64,000 nt of DNA from Trueperaceae bacterium (GTDB lineage: Bacteria > Deinococcota > Deinococci > Deinococcales > Trueperaceae). The notes under the pieces were generated by a model, which saw nothing but the letters and a program-made list of their open reading frames with translations, was not told the DNA's origin and did not search any database. Below are positions 31,651-42,209 of this stretch, one piece after another (position 1 is the stretch's first letter; each line of letters starts with the position of its first letter). A program made the translations under genes and the position numbers. Location of the stretch: positions 288,001 to 352,000 of the forward strand of contig JAXHNB010000001.1 of the NCBI GenBank assembly GCA_034520945.1, in the 5' to 3' direction.

Positions 31651-31671
31651 TACCCCGTGGGGGGTGGGGTA
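31651..31671. promoter_or_regulatory. CsoR operator
   Basis: Inverted repeat TACCCC-GTGGGGGGT-GGGGTA with a G/C tract, directly upstream of copZ-csoR-copA. Confidence 0.85.
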
Positions 31672-31867
31672 TGCCTCAGTGTAGCCGGCCGACCCGAACC
31701 GGACAAGGGACCGGCCTACCCATGCGCACGCTGCGCCGGCGTGTGCGTCCCGGACGGGCGACGCGGCCCTCGCAGCGGTGCGGTACCGTGATTCCACGCG
31801 CCACGCCGCGGCGTGGCGCGCCGTACCGGCCGGGGCGGGCCCCGCCGGCCGGGCGACTGGGAGGACG

Positions 31868-34864
31868 ATGACGCGACACCGCGACCCACGCACCGTGACC
31901 CCCCGCTACCCCCTCGACCCCTGGCAGGTTCGGGAGACGCGTTTCGATCCGGACGTCAGCCGCGAGGCCGAATCGCTGTTCGCGCTCGGGAACGGCTACA
32001 TCGGGATCCGCGGCACGTTGGAAGAAGGGGCGCCCGCGGGCGTCGTCACCGTTCCCGGCACCTACCTCAACGGGTTTCACGAACGCGAGGAGATCGCCTA
32101 CCCGGAGCCCGCCTACGGCTACGCCCGCTGGCGCCAGACGATGTTGAACGTGACCGGCTGCACGAACCTCGCGCTGCGGCTGGACGGCGAACCGCTGCAG
32201 ATGGGCACCGAGCGGGTCTCGGCGTACGAACGGGTGCTGGACCTGCGCGCCGGGACGCTGACGCGCACCCTGACGTGGACGGCCTTCGATGGCGCCCGCA
32301 CGCGCCTCACCTTCGTGCGGGCGGTGTCGCTGGCGCACCGTGCGCGCGTCGCGCAACGCCTCACGGTGGCGCCGCTGGACCGCGCCGTCCGGGTGGAGGT
32401 CACGCACGCGCTGGACGGAACCGTCGAGAACCAGGTCGAGACCGGTGATCCGCGCATCGGCACCGCCCTCAAGGGTCAGGTGTTGGCGCCGGTGGCGCAC
32501 CGGCACCAGGGCGCCCGCCGGGCGTTGCGGCAGCGCGCCCGCGGCAGCGGGATGGAGCTCGTGTGCGCCTGCGAGCACCACGCCCACGGCGCCGACGTCA
32601 CCACCGAGGTCGCGTCCGAACCGTCGCGCGCCGAGCTGCGCCTGGTCGCGGGTCCCGATGCGAGCGAGGCGTTTCGGTTGGACCTGCACGCCGTGTACGC
32701 CGACGCGCGCGACCATGCGCCGGAGGCGCTGGACGCCGCCGCCGACGCCGAACTGGACGCGTTTGCGCGCGACGGCGGCGTGGACGGGCTCCTGGCCGCC
32801 CAGCGCGCCTGGTTGAATGAGTACTGGACGGGCGCGGACGTCGAGGTGGCGGGCGATGCGGGGGTCCAACAGAGCGTGCGCTTCAGCCTGTACCACCTCG
32901 CCCAGGGCGCCGGCCGGGACGGCCGCACCAACATCCCCAGCAAAGCGCTCACGGGCGAAGGCTACGAAGGGCACACCTTCTGGGATACCGAGATCTACGT
33001 GCTGCCGGTGTTCCTGCACGTCCGGCCCGACATCGCGCGCGCCCTGCTGCAACACCGGATCCACCTGCTGGACGCCGCGCGGGCGCGCGCGACCGAACTC
33101 CACCACGACGGGGCGCTCTACCCCTGGCGCACCATCGCCGGCCCCGAGGCGTCGGCGTTCTTCCCCGCCGGCACGGCGCAGTACCACATCGACGCCGACG
33201 TGGTGCACGCCTTCGAGCGCTACCTGGCCGCCACCGGCGACGGCACCATTATGTGGGCGGGCGGGGCCGCGGTGGCGGTCGAGTGCGCCCGGTTCTTCCT
33301 GAGCGCCGGTGCCTGGGGCCAAGGCGGGGCGTTCCACCTGCACACCGTCACCGGGCCGGACGAGTACACCGCCCTGGTGGACGACCAGCACTACACGAAC
33401 CGCATGATGCAGGGCACGTTTCGCTTCGCGGCGCAGGTGGTGGAGGACCTGGCGGCGGAGGACCCCGCGCGCTTCGAGGCCGTGCGGCAGGGGCTGGGTC
33501 TTGGCGCCGACGAGCCGGACGCCTGGCGCCGCGCCGCCGACGCCGTGCACCTGCCGGTCGACCCCGGCAGCGGCGTCACCCCGCAGGACGCGACCTTCCT
33601 CACCAAGCCGGAGTGGCCCTGGGACGAGGTGCCCGCGGAGCGCTACCCGCTGTTGCTGCACTACCACCCGCTCGACATCTACCGTCACCAGGTGCTGAAA
33701 CAGGCCGACGTGCTGCTGGCGCACCACCTGCGCCCAAGCGGGGTGAGCCGCACGCAGCTCCGCCGGGACGCGGCGTACTACGCGCCCCGCACCACGCACG
33801 ACTCCTCGCTGTCTGCGTGCGTGCACGCGATCATCGCGGCCCGACTGGGACGGGCGGGGGAGGCGCTGGACTTCTTCGCGCGCACCGCCCGGATGGACCT
33901 GGACGACCTGAACGGGAACGTGAAGGACGGCGTGCACGCCGCGGCCATGGCCGGCACTTGGTTGGCGGTCACCGAAGGGTTCGGGGGCCTCGACGTCCAA
34001 GGCGGCACGCCGTGCTTTCATCCGCGCCTGCCGGCGGGATGGACGCGGCTCCGCGTTCGCGTCGCCTGGCACGGCCGGGTGATCGAGGTGGACACGGACG
34101 CGGAGGTGACGCGCTACCGGCTGCGCCGCGGCGAGGCGCTGGAGGTGCGGCACCGCGGCGAGGCGCTGCGGCTCGAGCCCGACGGCGAGGCCGTCCTGCC
34201 GAGCGGCCCCCGGCTTCGCGGCGTGGCGCTGGACCTCGACGGTGTCGTCACCGACAGCGCCGCGTACCACGATCAGGCCTGGAAGGCGCTGGCCGACGAG
34301 CTCGACATTCCCTTCGACGAGACCGCCAACCAGGCGCTGCGGGGCCTGCCGCGCATGGATTCGCTGGAGGCGATCCTCGCGCGCGGGCAGCGAGCGCTGC
34401 CCGAGGAGGAGAAGCAGCGCCTGGCCGCCCGCAAGAACGCGCACTACCAGCGTCTGATCGAGGACGTCACGCCGCGCGACCTGCTGCCCGGCATCCCCGA
34501 GTTGCTGGTGGAGCTGGGACAGGCGGGGGTGCGGATCGTGCTGGCCTCTTCCAGCCGCAACGCGCCGGCCCTGGTGCGCCGCCTCGGCATCGAGGACCGC
34601 CTGGATGCGATCGTGGATCCGGCCGCCGTGCACGCCGGCAAGCCCGACCCGGAGATCTTCGAACGGGCGGCCGAGGCGTTGGGCCTTTCGCCGGAGGACT
34701 GCGTGGGCGTCGAGGACGCGGCGGCGGGGGTCGCGTCGATCGAAGGGGCCGGCATGCCCAGCGTGGGGGTGGGGGACGTGGCCCACCTGGGCGATGCCAC
34801 GCGGGTGGTGCCGGACACGCGCGCCTTGACGATGGACGTCCTGCGCGAGGCGGTCGGTGCCTGA
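31868..34864 (+). CDS. GH65 disaccharide phosphorylase fused to C-terminal beta-phosphoglucomutase (HAD)
   Basis: GH65 motifs GNGYIGIRG, YEGHTFWDTE, GPDEY, KQADV and HDSSLS, followed by HAD motifs DLDGVVTD, SSSRNA, GKPDPEIF and VEDA. Confidence 0.9.
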   Translation: MTRHRDPRTVTPRYPLDPWQVRETRFDPDVSREAESLFALGNGYIGIRGTLEEGAPAGVVTVPGTYLNGFHEREEIAYPEPAYGYARWRQTMLNVTGCTNLALRLDGEPLQMGTERVSAYERVLDLRAGTLTRTLTWTAFDGARTRLTFVRAVSLAHRARVAQRLTVAPLDRAVRVEVTHALDGTVENQVETGDPRIGTALKGQVLAPVAHRHQGARRALRQRARGSGMELVCACEHHAHGADVTTEVASEPSRAELRLVAGPDASEAFRLDLHAVYADARDHAPEALDAAADAELDAFARDGGVDGLLAAQRAWLNEYWTGADVEVAGDAGVQQSVRFSLYHLAQGAGRDGRTNIPSKALTGEGYEGHTFWDTEIYVLPVFLHVRPDIARALLQHRIHLLDAARARATELHHDGALYPWRTIAGPEASAFFPAGTAQYHIDADVVHAFERYLAATGDGTIMWAGGAAVAVECARFFLSAGAWGQGGAFHLHTVTGPDEYTALVDDQHYTNRMMQGTFRFAAQVVEDLAAEDPARFEAVRQGLGLGADEPDAWRRAADAVHLPVDPGSGVTPQDATFLTKPEWPWDEVPAERYPLLLHYHPLDIYRHQVLKQADVLLAHHLRPSGVSRTQLRRDAAYYAPRTTHDSSLSACVHAIIAARLGRAGEALDFFARTARMDLDDLNGNVKDGVHAAAMAGTWLAVTEGFGGLDVQGGTPCFHPRLPAGWTRLRVRVAWHGRVIEVDTDAEVTRYRLRRGEALEVRHRGEALRLEPDGEAVLPSGPRLRGVALDLDGVVTDSAAYHDQAWKALADELDIPFDETANQALRGLPRMDSLEAILARGQRALPEEEKQRLAARKNAHYQRLIEDVTPRDLLPGIPELLVELGQAGVRIVLASSSRNAPALVRRLGIEDRLDAIVDPAAVHAGKPDPEIFERAAEALGLSPEDCVGVEDAAAGVASIEGAGMPSVGVGDVAHLGDATRVVPDTRALTMDVLREAVGA

Positions 34865-35085
34865 CGGGGTGTCGGTGGCGACCTCGTTCACGCCGGGGCC
34901 GCTGCTACGTTCGGTGCCGGCGCCTCGCCGCGGCGGACCTGCCCGCGCCCGGACGACCGGAGCCCCATGGTCACGGACGTCGCGTTGACGCCCCACGGCG
35001 GCAGGGGTAGCCTAGCGCCCCTTCACGACCCCCCGCCCAGCACCGTGCATCCTGCACACCGTGCCCGCCGCCGAGGAGGAGGACC

Positions 35086-36474
35086 ATGGACGACGCCGAC
35101 CTCGTCGCGTTGGCCGAACGTTGCGCGGAACTGATCGCCGAACGCAAGTTCGGCGAGTTGCGCCGGATGCTGCTGGGACTCGATGCGCCCGACGTGGCCG
35201 AACTCATCGAGGAGCTCGGCAGCGAACACCAGGCGGTGGTGTTCCGGCTTCTGCCCAAGGAGCGCGCGACCGGCGTGTTCGAGCATCTCCGTGTCGACGC
35301 GCAGGAGAACCTGCTGCACGCGTTGGGGGACGAGGCGGCCGTGGCCATCCTCGCCGATATGAGCGCGGACGACCGCACCGAGCTGCTGGGCGATCTGCCC
35401 GGCAAGGTCACCAAGCGGCTCGTCAACCTGCTCTCGCCCAAGGAACGCGAGGTGGCCACCCGCCTGCTGGGCTACCCCGAGGAGTCGACCGGTCGGCTGA
35501 TGACGCCGGACTACGTGCAGGTCAAGCCGTTCTGGACGGTTCGCGAGGCCCTCGACCACATCCGGGCGTACGGGCGTGACTCCGAAACCCTGAACGTGGT
35601 GTACGTCACCGAGCGGGGCGGACGGCTCATCGACGACATCCCCACGCGCGAACTGCTGTTGATCCATCCCGACGCCCGCATCGCCGAGCTGATGGACATG
35701 AAGTTCGTCGCGCTCTCGGCCTTCGACGACCAGGAGGAGGCGGTCGCCGAGTTCCGCCGGCACGACCGGACGACGCTGCCGGTGGTCGACGGCGACGGCA
35801 TCCTGGTCGGGATCGTCACCGTCGACGACGTGCTGGACGTGGCCGAAGCCGAAGCGACCGAGGACATTCACATGTTGGGCGGCTCGCAGGCGTTCGACGA
35901 GCCCTACCTGTCGATCCGCGTCGGCACCATGGTCAAAAAGCGCGCCCCCTGGCTGGTGTTGCTGTTCTTCGGGCAGATGCTGACCGCGACGGCGATGGCC
36001 ACCTTCGAGGAGGCGCTGTCGCAGGCGTTGGTCCTGGCCCTGTTCGTGCCGCTGATCATCAGCTCGGGCGGGAACAGCGGTTCGCAGGCGGCCACCCTGA
36101 TGATTCGCGCCCTCACCACCGGCGAGGCCTCGCTGCGCAACTTCGGACGGGTCGTGGTCCGCGAGGCCGGCGCCGCCGCCATCATCGGCGCCATCCTCGG
36201 CGTGCTCGGCTTCGCGCGCATCGCGGTGGGACAGGCGCTGGGCACCGGCTACGGCGAGCACTGGCCGCTGGTCGGCGCGACGATCGGTTTGGCGCTGCTG
36301 TTCGTGGTGCTGTGGGGCTCGGTGGTCGGCACCATCCTGCCGATGGTGCTGGAGTGGTTGGGTGCCGACCCGGCCGCTAGCTCCACGCCGTTCGTGGCCA
36401 CCCTGGTCGACGTGACCGGCATCGTGCTGTACTTCACCATCGCCACCGTGGTGCTGCGGGGCACCTTGCTCTGA
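35086..36474 (+). CDS. mgtE: Magnesium transporter MgtE
   Basis: N-domain plus CBS pair; SSGGNSGSQ and DPAASSTPFVATLVDVTG. Confidence 0.95.
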   Translation: MDDADLVALAERCAELIAERKFGELRRMLLGLDAPDVAELIEELGSEHQAVVFRLLPKERATGVFEHLRVDAQENLLHALGDEAAVAILADMSADDRTELLGDLPGKVTKRLVNLLSPKEREVATRLLGYPEESTGRLMTPDYVQVKPFWTVREALDHIRAYGRDSETLNVVYVTERGGRLIDDIPTRELLLIHPDARIAELMDMKFVALSAFDDQEEAVAEFRRHDRTTLPVVDGDGILVGIVTVDDVLDVAEAEATEDIHMLGGSQAFDEPYLSIRVGTMVKKRAPWLVLLFFGQMLTATAMATFEEALSQALVLALFVPLIISSGGNSGSQAATLMIRALTTGEASLRNFGRVVVREAGAAAIIGAILGVLGFARIAVGQALGTGYGEHWPLVGATIGLALLFVVLWGSVVGTILPMVLEWLGADPAASSTPFVATLVDVTGIVLYFTIATVVLRGTLL

Positions 36475-36608
36475 GGCCCGGCCCCGGCCCTGCCACCCCG
36501 CGCGCGAAGTACCATGACCGAATCGGTAGCAAGCGCGGGCCGGTCACGGACCCGTCTCGGTCCCAGGTACGGCGTGGGCGCAGCGGACGCCTCGGAGGGT
36601 GGCGAACC

Positions 36609-38966
36609 ATGAACGGACGACGAAACGGCATCGGCGGCGCGCGGCACATAGGGACGCGGCTCCTGGTCCTGGCGCTCGGGTTCGGTCTCATACTGATGAG
36701 CCCGGGGGCGGAACGCTTCGCGATCGCGCAGATGAACCAGGAGACCGAAGAGGAGGTGCGCGCCTCGGTCGACGAGATCTTCGGTCCGCTGGAGGAGATC
36801 CGCGCCTCGCTCGACCCGCGCCGCTTCGACGTGGACGAGTTGGCGCTGGACCTGGCGTTCGAGGACGCGCCGACCATCACCGACTACGTGCACGAGCGCC
36901 TCGCCTTCGAGCCGTATCGCGGCGTGCTTCGCGGTGCCCGGGGCGCCCTGGCCGGCGGGTCGGGCAACGCCTGGGACCAGGCGTTGCTGACCGCCATCCT
37001 GCTGGGCGACGCCGGCTACGAGGTCGAGGTCCGCCGCGCCACCCTGGACGAGGCGGCGGTGGATCGCCTGCTGGCCGAGGTGCGGCCGGCGGGACGCGAC
37101 GAGGTGTCGTTGGAGGGCGTCGAGGTGGCCCTGGGCGACGTGGGCGGCGTCGAGGCGCTGCGCGGCACGTTGGACGAACGCAGGGAGGCGCTCCTAGGCG
37201 AGGTGGGGACGGCCGAGCGGCGGCTGGCCGACGCGCTTCCCGCTTCGAGCACCGGCGATGCGGCGATGAGCCGCGTCCGTGACGCGGTGCGGGACTACGC
37301 CTGGGTCGCCTACCGCTTCTCCGCGGACGAGCCGTGGGCCCATGCCCATCCCGTGTTGGGCAGCGACGCGGAGGCGTTGGACGGACTGGAGGCCGAGGAG
37401 GCCTATGAGGGGGCGCTGCCCGACGAGGTGCAGCACCGCATCCGCATTCGCTCGTTGGTCGAGCAGCGCCTGGGCAGTGAACTGCGGGTGCACGAGGTCG
37501 CCGCGCCGTGGGAACGCCCGGTCGCCAACATGTACGGCGTGCCGTTCACGTACATGAACCTGCCCGACGGCGTCGATTCCGCCCCCGAGGGGGCCGGTCC
37601 GGCCGAGATCCTGGAGCGCACCTCGTTCCTGTTCCCGTTCGTCGGCGGCGACATGGCCGACGGCGCGATGGGTTTCGACATGAGCGGCAACGCCGTCGAC
37701 GCCATGGCGGCCGAGAGCGCGTTCGCGGGCGTGTTCCAGTCGGTCGGTGGCGCCGTCGGCGACGCGGCCGGTGCGCTGGGCGGGCTCTCCCTCGGCGGGG
37801 ACGACGAGGAGCCCGAACCGACCGGCGACGCCGTCGCGCTGACGGCGCAGTGGCTGGAGTTCACCCTGATCGCGCCCGGCGGGGAGGAGACGACGCACCG
37901 CCGCATGGTGGTGGACCGGATCGGCGCCGAAGCGCGCCAGGAGGGCAGCGTGCGGCTGGAGGCGGGCGTGTCCGAGGAGGAGGCGTTCGCCGCGCTGATG
38001 AGCTCGCACACGGTGATGGTCCAGACCAATCGCTTCGGCCAGGCGTTCCTGGCGGACCGGGTGTCGGAGGGGTTGTTGGCCTCGCGCGATCACGTGGAGG
38101 AGGCCTGGGCGGCGATTCTCACCGGAAGCGAGCCGCCGGTGATGGATCCGGGCGCGGCCGACGCGCAGACGGTGGTGGCCCCGCTGTTGATGTACGGCCT
38201 GTTCGACGAGGCGCCCCTGGACGAGGACGTGGTCAGCTACCGGCCCTCCCCGGCGGTGAGTGTTTTGAGCCAGCGGCTCGACGGCACCGCGCCGCAGGTC
38301 GACGTGGTCGCCAACCCGCGCTGGAGCCTGCGCACCGGGCCCGACGGGCCGGTGTACGACGCGGCCGCCAGTCGCGCCGCGGGCGCCTGGGAGACGCGGA
38401 TGGAGGGCCTGGTGCTGCAGGCCCGCGGGGAGGCCGAGATCCCCGCCTACGCGTCGCTGGATAGGGTCGACGCCTCGTCTTGGCGTGCCCTCGAGCCCGG
38501 GGACGCGGAGGTGCTGGCCGAGCTGTCGCTTCCCGAAGCCACCCGGCGGGCCATGGCCCAGGACCTGGAACGCGGCTACCAGGTGTATGCGCCCGCCGAA
38601 ATGGCCGAAGGGCAGCGCGTGGCCGGCTGGTGGCGCGTCGACCCCGTCACTGGCGAGACGCTGGGGCGCGGCGGGGACGGCCGGGGCCAAGCGGGCGTGG
38701 AGTACATGAGCAACCTGCAGCTGGCCGGCAGCATCATCCCGGCGATCGGCTTCACCCTGCACGGGGTGCACGGCTGCACCGAGATCGAGGATGCCGAGAA
38801 GGCCGGGTGTTGCATCGTCCAGAACATCGCCTTGATGCCGATCGGCTTCGCGGGCGGCATGGTGATGGGGGCCGCGTTGAGCTTGAGCGCGCTGGCCAGC
38901 TTCGTGGCGTTCGACGTGGTGGGGAACGTCGCGATGTCGCAGATCCCGAGCGTGTGCGGTAGCTGA
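36609..38966 (+). CDS. Large exported acidic hypothetical protein, probable degenerate transglutaminase-like domain
   Basis: N-terminal signal; FEPYRGVLRGARGAL..GSGNAWDQALL and YAWV segments; hydrophobic Cys-rich C-terminus. Confidence 0.65.
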   Translation: MNGRRNGIGGARHIGTRLLVLALGFGLILMSPGAERFAIAQMNQETEEEVRASVDEIFGPLEEIRASLDPRRFDVDELALDLAFEDAPTITDYVHERLAFEPYRGVLRGARGALAGGSGNAWDQALLTAILLGDAGYEVEVRRATLDEAAVDRLLAEVRPAGRDEVSLEGVEVALGDVGGVEALRGTLDERREALLGEVGTAERRLADALPASSTGDAAMSRVRDAVRDYAWVAYRFSADEPWAHAHPVLGSDAEALDGLEAEEAYEGALPDEVQHRIRIRSLVEQRLGSELRVHEVAAPWERPVANMYGVPFTYMNLPDGVDSAPEGAGPAEILERTSFLFPFVGGDMADGAMGFDMSGNAVDAMAAESAFAGVFQSVGGAVGDAAGALGGLSLGGDDEEPEPTGDAVALTAQWLEFTLIAPGGEETTHRRMVVDRIGAEARQEGSVRLEAGVSEEEAFAALMSSHTVMVQTNRFGQAFLADRVSEGLLASRDHVEEAWAAILTGSEPPVMDPGAADAQTVVAPLLMYGLFDEAPLDEDVVSYRPSPAVSVLSQRLDGTAPQVDVVANPRWSLRTGPDGPVYDAAASRAAGAWETRMEGLVLQARGEAEIPAYASLDRVDASSWRALEPGDAEVLAELSLPEATRRAMAQDLERGYQVYAPAEMAEGQRVAGWWRVDPVTGETLGRGGDGRGQAGVEYMSNLQLAGSIIPAIGFTLHGVHGCTEIEDAEKAGCCIVQNIALMPIGFAGGMVMGAALSLSALASFVAFDVVGNVAMSQIPSVCGS

Positions 38967-38992
38967 GCCGGGCCGGAGGACGGGGCCGGCGC

Positions 38993-40135
38993 TCAGGCGG
39001 TTTCGTCCAGGAGGCCCGCCCCCGCGGCCGGTGCGACGGGGTACAGCGCGGGCGCGCGGTCGGTGGCGCGCCGGTAGCCGGTCTCCACGTCGGCCAAGAA
39101 GTCCGGGACCGCCGTGCGGGCGACCAGGGCCACGGCGCAGCCGGCGAACCCCGCCCCGGTCATGCGGGCGCCAAAACAACCGTCCTGTGCCTGCGCGACG
39201 TCCACCATGGCGTCCAAGGCAGGGCCGCTGACCTCGAAGTCGTGCTTCAGGCTGGCGTGACTGTCGTTCATCAGGCGCCCCAACGCGCTCGCGTCGCCCG
39301 CGCGCATCGCCTCGGCCGCGCGCAGGACGCGGGCGTTCTCGCGCACCACGTGCCGGGCCCGCGCCAGCACCGCCTCATCCATCGCGTGGGCGTGCGCGCC
39401 GAGGTCTTCCTCGTTGGCGTCCCGCAACGTCGCCACCCCCAGCGCCCGCGCGGCCGCGTCCACCTGGGCGCGACGCTCGTTGTAGGCGCTGCCCACCAGC
39501 CCGCGCCGGGTGCCCGTGTCGAGGATCACCACGGTGGACTCGGGGGGGATCGGCACGGGGTCGGTCGCCAGCGTGCGGCAGTCGATCAGCAGGGCCGCGC
39601 CTTCCTCGGCGCAGGCGCCGATCAGCTGGTCCATGATGCCCGAGGCGACGCCCACCCAGTCGTTCTCCGCCCGGCGGCACGCCTGCGCCATGGCGCGCGG
39701 GTCCCAGGCCAGCCCGGACGCCTCCATGAGGGCGCGCGCCAGCGCCAACTCCAGCGCCGCGGAGGAGGACAGCCCCGCGCCGCGGGGCACATCGCCGCTG
39801 AACACGCCGTCCATGCCGCGTAGCGCGTGGCCCGCCTCGCGCAGCGCCCAGGCCACCCCGTGCGCGTACGCCTGCCAGCCCTCGCGGGCGTGCGGCGCGT
39901 CGGCCGCGAAGGCGTCCTCCTCGTCCAGGTCCAACGCCCGCAGGTGCACGGTCCCGTCCTCGCGGCCGCGCAGGGCCAGGCGAACCTCGCGGTCGATGGC
40001 CATGGGCAGCACGAAGCCGTCGGAGGTGTCGGTGTGCTCGCCGATCAGGTTCACGCGGCCCGGGGCGCGAACGATCGCGCCGGGATCGTGGCCGAACCGG
40101 CCCGTGAAGGCCAGGCGCAGTTCCTCGGGCGTCAC
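38993..40135 (-). CDS. galK: Galactokinase
   Basis: Contains [29 protein letters not shown] and [11 protein letters not shown]. Confidence 0.93.
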   Translation of the reverse strand: MTPEELRLAFTGRFGHDPGAIVRAPGRVNLIGEHTDTSDGFVLPMAIDREVRLALRGREDGTVHLRALDLDEEDAFAADAPHAREGWQAYAHGVAWALREAGHALRGMDGVFSGDVPRGAGLSSSAALELALARALMEASGLAWDPRAMAQACRRAENDWVGVASGIMDQLIGACAEEGAALLIDCRTLATDPVPIPPESTVVILDTGTRRGLVGSAYNERRAQVDAAARALGVATLRDANEEDLGAHAHAMDEAVLARARHVVRENARVLRAAEAMRAGDASALGRLMNDSHASLKHDFEVSGPALDAMVDVAQAQDGCFGARMTGAGFAGCAVALVARTAVPDFLADVETGYRRATDRAPALYPVAPAAGAGLLDETA

Positions 40136-41187
40136 GGCGTTCCGTCCGGCGGGGCGGGCGTCAGCTCGCGGAGGCGCGCGGCGGCTTGTTCGGGGGTGAG
40201 GTCGCGTTGCGGCTCGCCCAGCAGCTCGAAGCCGACCATGAACTTGCGGACGGTGGCGCTGCGCAGCAGGGGCGGGTAGAGGTGCGCGTGCAGCTGCCAG
40301 TGGGCGTCGGCTTCGGCCTGCGCCTGCGGGCCGCTCGGCGCGCCGTGCCAGCCCATCGAGTAGGGGAACGGCGTGTCGAACAACGCGTCCAAGCGAGGCA
40401 GCAGGTCGGACAGCAACGCCGCGAGGTCGTCGCGCTCGGCGTCCGTCAACTCCGGCAGTCGCCCGACGGGGCGGACCGGTGTGATCAGGATCTCGAACGG
40501 CCACACCGCCCACCACGGCACCACGGCCAGCCAGTGCGCGCTGGCGCTCACCACGCGTTCGTCCCGGTCTCGTTCCAGCCGTTGGTAGGCGACCAGCAGC
40601 GGCTCGCCGTGGGCGTGCAGCCAGGCGCGTTGGGCGGCGTCCTCCTTGGCGGCTTCGCTGGGCAGGCGGTCCACGGCCCAGATCTGGCCGTGGGGGTGCG
40701 GGTTGCTGGCGCCCATCGCCTCGCCCTTGTTCTCGAAGATCTGCACCCAGCGCCAGGTGCGGCCCAGCGCCTCGGCCCGTTCGGCCCACAGGTCGACCAC
40801 GCGCCGCAGCGCCGGGCGCGGGAACTCGGCCAGCGTCAGGTCGTGGCGGGGCGAGAAGCAGATCACCTGGCAGGTGCCGCGCAGCCCTTCGCGCTGGAGC
40901 AGCGGGTGCGCGTCGGGGCCGGGCTCCGGGGCGTCCACCATCAGCGCCGGAAAGTCGTTGGTGAACACGAAGGTGCCGTCGTAGTCGGGGGTCCGCTCGC
41001 CTCCGGCGCGTTCGTTGCCGGGGCACAGGTAGCAGCTCGGATCGAAGCGCGGCTTGCCTGCGGGGGCGGGCGCCTCCTGCCGGCCCTGCCAGGGGCGCTT
41101 GGTGCGGTGGGGGCTGACGACGACCGCCTCGCCCGTGAGGGGGTTGCGGCGTCGGTGCGGGTGCTCGTCCGGATCGAACGGCGTCAT
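40132..41187 (-). CDS. galT: Galactose-1-phosphate uridylyltransferase
   Basis: Contains [27 protein letters not shown] and VRKFMVGFE. Confidence 0.95.
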   Translation of the reverse strand: MTPFDPDEHPHRRRNPLTGEAVVVSPHRTKRPWQGRQEAPAPAGKPRFDPSCYLCPGNERAGGERTPDYDGTFVFTNDFPALMVDAPEPGPDAHPLLQREGLRGTCQVICFSPRHDLTLAEFPRPALRRVVDLWAERAEALGRTWRWVQIFENKGEAMGASNPHPHGQIWAVDRLPSEAAKEDAAQRAWLHAHGEPLLVAYQRLERDRDERVVSASAHWLAVVPWWAVWPFEILITPVRPVGRLPELTDAERDDLAALLSDLLPRLDALFDTPFPYSMGWHGAPSGPQAQAEADAHWQLHAHLYPPLLRSATVRKFMVGFELLGEPQRDLTPEQAAARLRELTPAPPDGTP

Positions 41188-41327
41188 CGGTCCTCCAAGA
41201 TGTCGAGGTTCGGGCTCGTGCCGGGAGCCTACCGCAGGGCGGGCCCGCTGCGGCCGTGGCGGGGTGTTTCACGTGCGTCGTGCTGCGCCGCCGTCCGAAT
41301 CGGGGGCGGGGTGCGCGCGGCGGCTGC

Positions 41328-41356
41328 TTGCGCGGCCCGCGGCGCTCTGCTAAACT
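41328..41356 (+). promoter_or_regulatory. sigma70-type promoter of rplU-rpmA
   Basis: TTGCGC-N17-TAAACT with an extended TG. Confidence 0.65.
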
Positions 41357-41516
41357 CATGTGCTCGGCGTCCCGGGTCGCGCCGTCCTGGCGTGGCGGCG
41401 GGGCCGGGCATGGCCCCTCGGCCGCGGGGCGGCAGACGCGGGCGGCCGCGAGGTGCGACCGCTCGATTCCATCACGGCACACCGCTCGGCCCGCCGGGCG
41501 TTCGGAGGATGAGGAC

Positions 41517-41822
41517 ATGTTCGCGATCGTGAAGTCCGGTGGCAAGCAGTACCGCGTGGAGGAGGGCGACCTGCTCCGGCTCGAGTTGCTCCAGGCCGAG
41601 GTGGGGGATTCGGTCGAGTTGCCGGTGATGATGCTGGGTGGCGACGAGACGAAGGTGGGCACCCCCTGGGTCGACGGGGCGCGCGTGCAGGCCGAAGTGG
41701 TCTCGCACGGGCGGGGCGACAAGATCTACATCGAGAAGTTCAAGGCCAAGAAAAACTATCGCCGGCGTGCCGGGCACCGACAGGGCTACACCGAAGTCCG
41801 CGTCACGGCCGTGGCCGGCTGA
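41517..41822 (+). CDS. rplU: 50S ribosomal protein L21
   Basis: Reads [12 protein letters not shown]...GHRQGYT. Confidence 0.97.
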   Translation: MFAIVKSGGKQYRVEEGDLLRLELLQAEVGDSVELPVMMLGGDETKVGTPWVDGARVQAEVVSHGRGDKIYIEKFKAKKNYRRRAGHRQGYTEVRVTAVAG

Positions 41823-41840
41823 ACGGGGAGGGGACCCGAC

Positions 41841-42119
41841 ATGGCACACAAGAAAGGCGTCGGCAGCACCAAGAACGGCCGCGACAGCGAATCCAAGCGC
41901 CTCGGCGTCAAGCGGTTCGACGGTCAGGCCGTCACCGCCGGGCACATCCTGGTGCGGCAGCGCGGCACCAAGTTTCACCCGGGGCGCAACGTCGGGACCG
42001 GCAACGATTTCACCCTGTTCGCCCTGCGGGACGGGGTGGTGCGGTTTCACGACAAGGGGCGCAAGGGGCGCTTCGTGTCGATCGAGCAGGCGCCGAGCCA
42101 GGCGCTCAGCGCCGACTGA
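41841..42119 (+). CDS. rpmA: 50S ribosomal protein L27
   Basis: Reads [24 protein letters not shown]. Confidence 0.98.
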   Translation: MAHKKGVGSTKNGRDSESKRLGVKRFDGQAVTAGHILVRQRGTKFHPGRNVGTGNDFTLFALRDGVVRFHDKGRKGRFVSIEQAPSQALSAD

Positions 42120-42209
42120 TTCCTACGCGGCGTACGGGCGCGGCATGTTCCGCGCTTCAGGTTCGTTCCGGGCGCGGCCGCACGGCCGCGCCCGGTGCGT
42201 GTGGGGGGC

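Noticed and set aside
31676..34996. 1106-aa minus-strand ORF, and similar long ORFs at 58495-61389 (-), 28489-31056 (+) and 247-2442 (+)
   Set aside because: These are antisense shadows of well-supported genes, expected in very high-GC DNA, and carry no recognisable motifs.
34865..35085. M-box (ykoK) riboswitch upstream of mgtE
   Set aside because: No recognisable M-box consensus, and a -10-like TAGCCT lies only ~70 nt before the ATG, leaving too little room.
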